Assembly: GCA_964450605.1 (NCBI GenBank)
Contig: CAYVEK010000002.1
Span: forward strand, 87,681-151,680
From: an uncultured Candidatus Saccharibacteria bacterium
GTDB taxonomy: Bacteria > Patescibacteriota > Minisyncoccia > Phycocordibacterales > CAIZLB01
Reading direction: 5' to 3'
Length of the DNA: 64,000 nucleotides
Shown here: positions 9,792-17,258 of the stretch, piece after piece
Position numbering within the stretch: position 1 is the stretch's first letter
Layout: every line of letters begins with the position of its first letter
Translations under genes and position numbers: made by a program
Notes under the pieces: generated by a model
Databases searched by the model: none
Told to the model about the DNA's origin: nothing
The model's input: the letters and a program-made list of their open reading frames with translations, nothing else

Positions 9792-10379
9792 TTAACTATC
9801 CAGTTTATCCAAACCAACAGGCCTAAGTGTTTCTTTTGTAGGGTCATCAATCATGACTTCAAGGGTCCGTGCTTCTGAGATATCTATATTTAAAATACCT
9901 TCTAGGTGATCGTATTCATGTTGCAATAATCGTGCCAAAAATCCATCAGCTTTTTCTATAATAAAATCCCCCTTCTCATCTGTGTATTCTATGGTTATAG
10001 AACTCGAACGTTTAACATCACCCCAAAAAGGAGCACAACTTAGACAACCCTCTCGATATAAGTTTTGTTCAACGGATCGTTGTGTGATGCGAGGATTGAT
10101 ATATATCTTAAACACATCTCCAACATATGTAACAAATACAGCAACACTTTCTCCTATCTGAGGTGCAGCAAGTCCTCTACCAACCCCAGATATCTCTCTA
10201 TGTTTTTGCAAAACCTTACACAAATATTGCCCAACTACCAAACCTCTTTTGAGATCAACTTCCTCTGCTTTTGTTCGAAGCGCAGGGTGTCCTGCATATA
10301 CAAGATCCGGGCATTCTTCTACAACTTTTTGTAAAGATGATATTTTATCTTTTAATTTTTTATAGTAATCAGAATCCAT
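9792..10379 (-). CDS. def: Peptide deformylase
   Basis: GLAAPQIG, EGCLS and HEYDHLEG motifs are all present. Confidence 0.9.
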   Translation of the reverse strand: MDSDYYKKLKDKISSLQKVVEECPDLVYAGHPALRTKAEEVDLKRGLVVGQYLCKVLQKHREISGVGRGLAAPQIGESVAVFVTYVGDVFKIYINPRITQRSVEQNLYREGCLSCAPFWGDVKRSSSITIEYTDEKGDFIIEKADGFLARLLQHEYDHLEGILNIDISEARTLEVMIDDPTKETLRPVGLDKLDS

Positions 10380-10393
10380 ACATAATAAAGTTT

Positions 10394-10747
10394 TTAAAAA
10401 AGTCTACCACCTAAAACTGCATCTGCATTGTCTGGTTTTATAAGAATAACTTTTCCGTTCGTATCAGGGACTCCAAGTGTCAGAACCTCAGATTCAAATG
10501 GACCTATTTTTCGTGGTGGAAAATTTACAACACCTAGGACCAGACGATTTATAAGCTCTTCTTTTGTATACCGATCAACAATTTGTACAGACGATCTTTT
10601 TACACCAACATCTTTACCGAAATCTATAGTAAGTTTATATGCTGGTTTTCGAGCTTCAGGAAAGTCTTCAACCTGAATAACCTTTCCTACTCGAATATCT
10701 ATTTTTTCGAAATCATCTATAGTAGCCATATTTTGATAGTACCACAA
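10394..10747 (-). CDS. csaA: tRNA-binding protein CsaA (Trbp111 / EMAP-like OB fold)
   Basis: IDIRVGKVIQVEDFPEARKPAYKLTIDFG matches the CsaA family. Confidence 0.8.
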   Translation of the reverse strand: MWYYQNMATIDDFEKIDIRVGKVIQVEDFPEARKPAYKLTIDFGKDVGVKRSSVQIVDRYTKEELINRLVLGVVNFPPRKIGPFESEVLTLGVPDTNGKVILIKPDNADAVLGGRLF

Positions 10748-10776
10748 AAGTTAGACAGTGGTATATAATTATATTT

Positions 10777-10890
10777 ATGAAAGCACTTTTGCTACGCTTA
10801 CGACTCAAAGGCTTTAATCGCCTTGAAGCCCTTGCTGTAGGAGTTTTTATTGTGATAATTATCGCGATAATCTACGTACTACTACGATAA
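10777..10890 (+). CDS. Candidate 37-aa hydrophobic micro-protein (MKALLLRLRLKGFNRLEALAVGVFIVIIIAIIYVLLR)
   Basis: It is below the ORF-track length cutoff. TATAAT at 10764-10769 lies 8 bp upstream of the ATG, and a hairpin plus T-run terminator follows at 10888-10925. It carries a basic N-terminus and one TM helix. Confidence 0.25.
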   Translation: MKALLLRLRLKGFNRLEALAVGVFIVIIIAIIYVLLR

Positions 10891-10927
10891 CCCTTCGACC
10901 GACTCGTTCGGTTGAAGGGTTTATATT

Positions 10928-12628
10928 TTATACAGCTGTAACAGACTCTCTTTTTGCCAGACGTGCCAGATGTTTATTTCTTTCTTTATCAAATTTTTCA
11001 ACATCAAAGGCATATTCAGCTATCATGTTTGATGCATGATGTGCTCCAAGATAATGCGGCATTATCACATATGTTGCACCTGCGAGATACAATTCTTTTG
11101 CTTGATGTATATCATGAGATATAACCATGATTATTCCTTCGGGATTAAATCTTCGATAATATGTAACAAGTAATTTGTTAACCTTGTAATCCGGAATTGT
11201 TGAAACGATAATCTTTGCTTCGGGTATTCCTATCTCCTGTAAAAATTCAACATCTTCAGCGTCACCAAACCGAAATGGTATCTCAGCTTTTTGCATCTTT
11301 TTTACTGCTGTAGGATTAAAATCAACCACAACAAAAGATGAACCTAGTTTTTCTGCAACTTTTACAAAGTCATACCCAACTCTATCGTATCCAAATATAA
11401 ACATCTCAGGATGGTGGTCGTGAGCAGATGGTTCACGACGAGAGTGTCTTCTCCACTCAAACATGCGCAGTGGTTTTTTTGAGAAGTTGTATATCTCCCT
11501 TCCATACAAAGATGCATATGTTGATGTTGCAATAGTAATAACAGCAACGAGTGTTACAAGAGATGCTAGTTTTTGATCAACTTGTCCAAGTGATAGTCCA
11601 AGGGTCATAAGGATAAGTGAAAACTCGCTGATCTGAGAAATAGAAAGTCCGGCAAAAAAACCAGTTCGCGTTCGGTATCCTAGCATGTTCATAATCCACA
11701 CAACGATGGCGGGTTTTGCAAATACAACAAATATAGACAAAACTATTGCGGGCAGTATAAGCGTCGGAATATCTGTTAAAACCATCTGAGAACCAAGTAG
11801 TACAAAGAACAAAATAATGAAGAAATCTCGCAGTGGTCTCATACGAGAACCAATCTCATACGCATAACTTGATACAGAAAGAGTTACTCCAGCAATAAGC
11901 GCACCTATTTCTATAGAAAAACCGATGACATAAAAAAGTGCCGCCATACCAAGTCCCCACGCAACAGAGAACAAAAACAAAAGTTCTTGAGAACCTGCCA
12001 AAAAACCAGATAGTCTTGGTAAAATAAATTTACTAACAAGATACAAGATAAGACCTATTCCTAGACCCTTTGCACCTAACACGGTCATGGATTCAGATAA
12101 GCTGGTTGTGTTACCTGTATTTGAACCAAAAGCTGACACAAAAAGCAATATAAGCGTTGCAACAAGATCTTGCACGATCAAAAGACCTATCGTTATCTTA
12201 CTGTAGAGTTTATTTAAATTACCTTTATCGCCCAACAATTTTAAAACAATAATAGTACTGCTAAACGTTAAGGCAACTCCTCCATACATAGAGTGTACTG
12301 GATTAAAGCCTAATACATGCATAATCAAAAAACCTAAACCGAAAGTAACTGCAACCTGACAAAGTCCTATGATAAGCGAAGCTTTACCTGTCTCTTTGAT
12401 AACGGTCGGACTTAGACTTAGTCCAACAATAAACAAAAGTATAGATATACCTATCTTTGCGAACAATTCAACAAACTCTGTTGAATGCAAAGTATTTAAA
12501 ACATATGGACCTAGAATAATACCACTCAATATATATCCCGCAACCAGTGGTTGACGAAATGCGTGAGTAATGACCGCGACACATGTAGTAATAACTACTA
12601 TAAGACTAAGCTCCGTAAAAATATGCAT
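10928..12628 (-). CDS. Cation:proton antiporter (CPA2 / Kef-type) with a C-terminal RCK/TrkA-N domain
   Basis: 566 aa. About 12 TM helices followed by a Rossmann-like domain (IFGYDRVGYDFVKVAEKLG). Confidence 0.75.
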   Translation of the reverse strand: MHIFTELSLIVVITTCVAVITHAFRQPLVAGYILSGIILGPYVLNTLHSTEFVELFAKIGISILLFIVGLSLSPTVIKETGKASLIIGLCQVAVTFGLGFLIMHVLGFNPVHSMYGGVALTFSSTIIVLKLLGDKGNLNKLYSKITIGLLIVQDLVATLILLFVSAFGSNTGNTTSLSESMTVLGAKGLGIGLILYLVSKFILPRLSGFLAGSQELLFLFSVAWGLGMAALFYVIGFSIEIGALIAGVTLSVSSYAYEIGSRMRPLRDFFIILFFVLLGSQMVLTDIPTLILPAIVLSIFVVFAKPAIVVWIMNMLGYRTRTGFFAGLSISQISEFSLILMTLGLSLGQVDQKLASLVTLVAVITIATSTYASLYGREIYNFSKKPLRMFEWRRHSRREPSAHDHHPEMFIFGYDRVGYDFVKVAEKLGSSFVVVDFNPTAVKKMQKAEIPFRFGDAEDVEFLQEIGIPEAKIIVSTIPDYKVNKLLVTYYRRFNPEGIIMVISHDIHQAKELYLAGATYVIMPHYLGAHHASNMIAEYAFDVEKFDKERNKHLARLAKRESVTAV

Positions 12629-12647
12629 AGCCTAAGTATATCACTTT

Positions 12648-13055
12648 CTATTTGAGTGTTCCTATCTGTTGTTTTGCCAAAGCGGCTTCAGGTCCTCTTT
12701 TTCCACCATGTTGTGCTGTAAAGTTTGCCGTACCGTCTATTCCACACATCTTTAAAATAGATTTCTGTCCGCCTGGATGCTTTGTAATAAATGAAGTCAC
12801 ATCGTAAACTTTTCCATTTACGATAGTCCAACAACTTGAAGCATTGTTATGAGTTGCAACATCAGCAACAGTATATGTCGCAGTCACACCTGCAGAGACT
12901 GAGGATGATGCAGTGCCTGGAGTAGCTGACGTTGGAGCTATCGGCTGATTATATGTTTCATTTTGAATTTTACCGAGATACATAACTCCTGCTATGAGTA
13001 ACACAATAAGAACTGCCACAACTATAAGTAAGTTTTTGTTTTGATTATTTTGCAT
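12648..13055 (-). CDS. Membrane-anchored cytochrome b5-like heme-binding domain protein
   Basis: N-terminal TM helix, Ser/Thr-rich linker, then VYDVTSFITKHPGG...FTAQHG (HPGG heme-ligand motif). Confidence 0.6.
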   Translation of the reverse strand: MQNNQNKNLLIVVAVLIVLLIAGVMYLGKIQNETYNQPIAPTSATPGTASSSVSAGVTATYTVADVATHNNASSCWTIVNGKVYDVTSFITKHPGGQKSILKMCGIDGTANFTAQHGGKRGPEAALAKQQIGTLK

Positions 13056-13080
13056 ATATATTTATTATATCAATACAATA

Positions 13081-13497
13081 TTAACCAACAAGCCACAGAA
13101 CGGCATCAACTTTTGATTCAAACATGCGAATGTTATCTCTACCTGATAAGGCTATAGCAGCCTCTCCTGCCATCTTAGCCTTATCACTACCTCCAAAACT
13201 AGCAGTTTTTTCAACGTATGGAGCATTTGTTTTAGCAAAATCAACAAGAGCATCTAATGCCTCAGGTGCATACTCTCCAGTAAAATGACTTACATCTAGT
13301 AGAATTTTTACCGGTCTGTGATCCTGTTCGTATTTTTTCTGAATAAGAACTTTTGCGTCCGCAAGTTCTACTTTAAATACTTCGAGTGCATCATGTGTAA
13401 GATCTGCAACAAATTCTATGAGAATATACTCTTGTTCAAGTGTTGTTTTTATAGTCTTCATATATCTATATCCTACTATACTACCACTCTCGCGCAA
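13081..13497 (-). CDS. Hypothetical protein, possibly STAS/SpoIIAA-like fold (likely true start at MKTIKTTL)
   Basis: No strong motif; weak resemblance only. Confidence 0.3.
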   Translation of the reverse strand: MRESGSIVGYRYMKTIKTTLEQEYILIEFVADLTHDALEVFKVELADAKVLIQKKYEQDHRPVKILLDVSHFTGEYAPEALDALVDFAKTNAPYVEKTASFGGSDKAKMAGEAAIALSGRDNIRMFESKVDAVLWLVG

Positions 13498-14269
13498 GCT
13501 CGGTAGCTATGTCTGTTTTAGGTATAATAAGTTCTTGACCAGCAGATGTTGCAACATACGGACCAAGCTCGTATGCACCATACAGTAGTCTTAATCCATC
13601 TTTTTGAAGCACAAAGTTTTCCGGAATAACTGTTTCAACTATAGAATCTATCTCACCTCCCAAAGCATCACATCTTAAACAAGTTTCGGGATGACGAATA
13701 ATCTTATCCTTGATATAAGGAGTGAGATTTTTCTCATATCCGTCTTTTAAAAAATCATTAAGTGCTAATTTTTTATTTTTTGCAACATCTATCGTATCAG
13801 AACTAAAGAAAAAAGATCCATGTGCACCGCCCATATCTGTATAATTTTCATAACCAATAGATGCTACAGTTTTTTGGTCATTTAAAAAAATAAGTTCTTT
13901 TGCAACTGTCCTATCAGCAACAAATTCTCGTCCATCAAGAGGTGCTCCACTTTTTGCATATTCAGCAAGATTTGTTTCTAGCTCTTTAACATTTTTATTA
14001 AAAAGCTCACGCGCTTCTTTTTCAAGGGTTATATTTATATTATCTAGTTTTGCAAACTGTACATACTCAACTGTGGATGAGTTTGATGACGATGCATATG
14101 TAAAACTCTTTATTTCATATGGAGCAGTAGATGTGCTAGCGATATTTTGAGCTGGCTCTACAGGAATACCTGTGTCAGTACTGTTATTTATCTTTTTAAG
14201 AAAAAATATAGCGATTCCCAATATGATAAGGGTTATAAGTATAACTATGGTTCGTTTTGTTTCTGCCAT
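13481..14269 (-). CDS. Membrane-anchored DUF3298/DUF4163-like protein (RsiV-like)
   Basis: N-terminal TM helix; the C-terminal region LRLLYGAYELGPYVATSAGQELIIP resembles DUF3298. Confidence 0.45.
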   Translation of the reverse strand: MAETKRTIVILITLIILGIAIFFLKKINNSTDTGIPVEPAQNIASTSTAPYEIKSFTYASSSNSSTVEYVQFAKLDNINITLEKEARELFNKNVKELETNLAEYAKSGAPLDGREFVADRTVAKELIFLNDQKTVASIGYENYTDMGGAHGSFFFSSDTIDVAKNKKLALNDFLKDGYEKNLTPYIKDKIIRHPETCLRCDALGGEIDSIVETVIPENFVLQKDGLRLLYGAYELGPYVATSAGQELIIPKTDIATELAREW

Positions 14270-14347
14270 ATAGACATTATATCATTTACAAATAACAAAC
14301 AAACCCTCGCTGTGGTGGTAGCGAGGGCAGGCTGTGGTTAGGGATTA

Positions 14348-14839
14348 TTAAAATTTTTTCTGAAGATCTTTCGGTAAGGTTACCGTTCTTCTTTGTTTAG
14401 CCGCTTGGGTAGCGGCGCGACCTGCTCGACTAGTGTTTGCATTGGCAGTTTTAAGTTTTTCCATATTACCTGCCAATACTTCTGCTCGAGATTGAGCATC
14501 CGGGTGTTTGATTTCGCCAGCTCCAAGTTTATGAATAGTGGCATTTATTCTCTGCATCAAGTAGTAGAGCTCTTCTTGATTGAGTTTGTGAACATCTCGA
14601 GTAATAAGGGCTTGTATACCAGGGACTTTATTTGTGACAGATCGATCACCTGCCAGTATCCATGCGAGCCTACCTTGCTCCTGTTTGCATCGAGCACGGA
14701 GCTCTTCCATGTATTGCTTCATGTTTGAACGTTTTGTTCTGCTCCGAAGGAAAAATTCTTTTCCGAACATAAAAATGAGAGCAAGAACGATAACGATAAC
14801 GATAACGATAACGACAACGGACGTGGTAAGAGTGTTCAT
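14348..14839 (-). CDS. Hypothetical single-pass membrane protein; its TM helix is encoded by a hexanucleotide tandem repeat
   Basis: The N-terminal VVVIVIVIVIVLALIF helix maps onto the (CGATAA)n repeat. Confidence 0.35.
   Translation of the reverse strand: MNTLTTSVVVIVIVIVIVLALIFMFGKEFFLRSRTKRSNMKQYMEELRARCKQEQGRLAWILAGDRSVTNKVPGIQALITRDVHKLNQEELYYLMQRINATIHKLGAGEIKHPDAQSRAEVLAGNMEKLKTANANTSRAGRAATQAAKQRRTVTLPKDLQKKF
14788..14817. repeat. Hexanucleotide tandem repeat: CGATAA x4 plus CGACAA
   Basis: Seen directly in the sequence. On the minus strand it encodes (VI)n in frame. Confidence 0.9.
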
Positions 14840-14927
14840 GTAAATGGATTGTTCGAGTTTTGTGTTTTGTACGGCACCATACCGTACATCTATATTTTAC
14901 TCCCGCACGTACAAGCAATGCAAAAAG

Positions 14928-15965
14928 TTATGCACCGCGTTTGCCCACTACCCTCTTGTGTAACCATGATCCTGGAAGCATGTGATGAAAAAACTTTGTT
15001 TTGCCATGACCGTAGAATATAAACAATAGGGCTGCTGAATATACTACAAGATCCTCAACTTCCCAAGCTCCGTATTGCATAAACATTGTCACCACAGACG
15101 CGGCAAAGAAACAGGCTATAAGAACAGTGTTTATACGCGTCAGATAACCAAGTATAAAAATAATTCCAAAAATAAGTTCAGCAAAACCAGTACTTAAAAT
15201 AAACAGCTTATTTGTAAACCATGGGAATACATCTGCCATAAAGTTCCAAGGATGAGCATTTAAAAACGCCGCACTAAGCTCTGGGGTCATGAGTTTTTCG
15301 GTGAACGCGAGCACGATAAGTGTAATACCTGTACCGAGTCGAACGAGCTCCACTGCATGCTTATCCAACTTACATGAACACCATGAATCTTTTGGAGAAT
15401 TTTTTATAAAGAAAAAAACTGCGAGTGATATGAGTAATGCATTTTCAAGAACAATAATCCATCCATGGGTAAACCCCAGCATAATGCACATTGCAAGAAG
15501 TACAACAGAAGCTAGTCGAGGTAGTATATTTAAAATAAACATAAGACCTATGACGATCTGGGTGTACTTCAGGGTTTCTGCAACTGTTCCGATAACTTTA
15601 AACTCTGGTATTAAAATGATATTCCACAAGAAACTAACAGATACCAGAAATAAACCAAGTACAACCTGTGCAGTTCGTGTTATACCCTTTTCGTGTACAT
15701 ATCCAAAAACCAAAAGCTTTCGTGGTGTTTTTATATATGAGTCCAAAACTCCAAACACAAGAACCGCTATCAGAGTTATGAATGACCAGATCAAAACCTC
15801 AGTACTTGTTATTCCGTAAAAAGGCATCACACTTCCACTTGATAAAACTTTTTCACTATCAACAAACCATTTTACATGAGCTGAGGCGACAAAAGGAATA
15901 ACACACAGTACAGTGATGAATAGTATTTTTTTAAACATGTTTTTATGATAGCACAAAGTTGACAT
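14928..15965 (-). CDS. Polytopic membrane protein (about 8 TM helices; weakly DoxX-like)
   Basis: Signal/anchor followed by multiple hydrophobic helices. No catalytic motif recognised. Confidence 0.4.
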   Translation of the reverse strand: MSTLCYHKNMFKKILFITVLCVIPFVASAHVKWFVDSEKVLSSGSVMPFYGITSTEVLIWSFITLIAVLVFGVLDSYIKTPRKLLVFGYVHEKGITRTAQVVLGLFLVSVSFLWNIILIPEFKVIGTVAETLKYTQIVIGLMFILNILPRLASVVLLAMCIMLGFTHGWIIVLENALLISLAVFFFIKNSPKDSWCSCKLDKHAVELVRLGTGITLIVLAFTEKLMTPELSAAFLNAHPWNFMADVFPWFTNKLFILSTGFAELIFGIIFILGYLTRINTVLIACFFAASVVTMFMQYGAWEVEDLVVYSAALLFIFYGHGKTKFFHHMLPGSWLHKRVVGKRGA

Positions 15966-16043
15966 AACAAGCGCTATGGTTTATGATCCATATCATAAAT
16001 CGCTAAAAGCGCTCTTATTTTTATAAAATAAGTAAAAACAAAA

Positions 16044-16075
16044 ATCAGAGAATCAACTCTCTGATTTTTGTTTTT
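16044..16075. terminator. Bidirectional intrinsic terminator (atcagaga-loop-tctctgat, flanked by an A-run and a T-run)
   Basis: 8-bp perfect stem flanked by an A-run and a T-run. Confidence 0.55.
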
Positions 16076-16221
16076 AAATTTATAAAATCATTGTACCTTA
16101 TGTATCCCATTCTATATTTCAATCTTTTGGAATCTATAGGTCTCAACTGATTCTAGTTAAATTTTTGATAAATAAATATTAAAGAATTATTAAACTATTC
16201 ATAATAAATCTCCAAACATGA

Positions 16222-16590
16222 CTAATTAACTACCTCTGAGACTCTTTCTGTTTTTGTGTCTACATAGTACCAACCTTTTGTAGCTGCATGATCTATCTGG
16301 TTTTCAAAAACATGTACCATATACGTATGATCATCAATTTTTTCTGCTGAAAATGTCGGCGTTCCAACAGCTGGATTTTTTTTCTTTGATTCGTTTAATG
16401 TTTTAATCCACTTCTCGATATCTGCAGAATTATTTTTTACAAGTTCAATAGCACGGTCAGGAGTCGTTACCTTATCTTTATTTACAGTACTGTATTTATT
16501 ATATATAAAGACACTTCCTGCCCCTAAACACAAGCCTACCGACAGTGCAACTAGAACAGATATCGAACCTTTTTGTTTTGAAAAAATCAT
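16222..16590 (-). CDS. Small secreted/lipoprotein-like hypothetical protein
   Basis: Signal peptide with ...LCLGAG; no recognisable domain. Confidence 0.35.
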   Translation of the reverse strand: MIFSKQKGSISVLVALSVGLCLGAGSVFIYNKYSTVNKDKVTTPDRAIELVKNNSADIEKWIKTLNESKKKNPAVGTPTFSAEKIDDHTYMVHVFENQIDHAATKGWYYVDTKTERVSEVVN

Positions 16591-16610
16591 ATTTTTATAT
16601 TAAAAGTAAT

Positions 16611-16823
16611 TTATAAATTCTTCATTATCTCTTCATCTTTTTGTTTTATAGTATCTTTGTACTTATCTACACCATCCAGTACTTCTTGTTTTTTATCCAT
16701 AAATTTTTGATAATACGGTTTTCCGTTTTTATCTTTCAAAAAGTACAGTGCACAGACAGCGGCAATAAGAATAAACAAAAAGAAGAGAGAGAAACCTGAT
16801 TGTGTTTTAATTATTTTTACCAT
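16611..16823 (-). CDS. Small membrane protein, hypothetical
   Basis: 70 aa with one TM helix. Confidence 0.25.
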   Translation of the reverse strand: MVKIIKTQSGFSLFFLFILIAAVCALYFLKDKNGKPYYQKFMDKKQEVLDGVDKYKDTIKQKDEEIMKNL

Positions 16824-16827
16824 ATGT

Positions 16828-17208
16828 TTATTTATTCATTGAATGAATACCAAACGTATTTCCCTCAGTATCACAGCAAATAGAGATAAAACCATATTCT
16901 CCAATACTCATCTTTGGTTTATAAATCTTTCCGCCAGCCTCAACAACTCGAGCCTCTTCGATAGCACAATCCTCTGATCCAAAATAAACAATAGTTCCAC
17001 TACCACCAGCCTTTACACCGTCCATCTGTACTAGTGCACCTCCTGCCCCGTAAGAATCCATTTGACCAGGAAAACTCATCATCTTCATAGACTGGTCTGT
17101 TGGGTTGCCCAGAGGTTCTAGTTTTGTATCAAGAACTTTTTCGTAAAACGCGGTAGCCCTGTCCATATTGTCTACATATATTTCGAACCAAACGACTGAT
17201 TTTTTCAT
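16828..17208 (-). CDS. VOC family protein (glyoxalase / bleomycin-resistance fold)
   Basis: VWFEIYVDNMDRATAFYEKVLDTKLE ... GFISICCDTEGNTFGIHS matches the VOC fold pattern. Confidence 0.7.
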   Translation of the reverse strand: MKKSVVWFEIYVDNMDRATAFYEKVLDTKLEPLGNPTDQSMKMMSFPGQMDSYGAGGALVQMDGVKAGGSGTIVYFGSEDCAIEEARVVEAGGKIYKPKMSIGEYGFISICCDTEGNTFGIHSMNK

Positions 17209-17258
17209 AGTTTTTTTGAATTAAGTTTAGTAAATATATAAAGATGATAACACAAAAC

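Noticed and set aside
14670-14918. Minus-strand ORF with an RYRYRYRY run
   Set aside because: It is an artefact of translating the CGATAA hexamer repeat in another frame. The overlapping membrane-protein frame is preferred.
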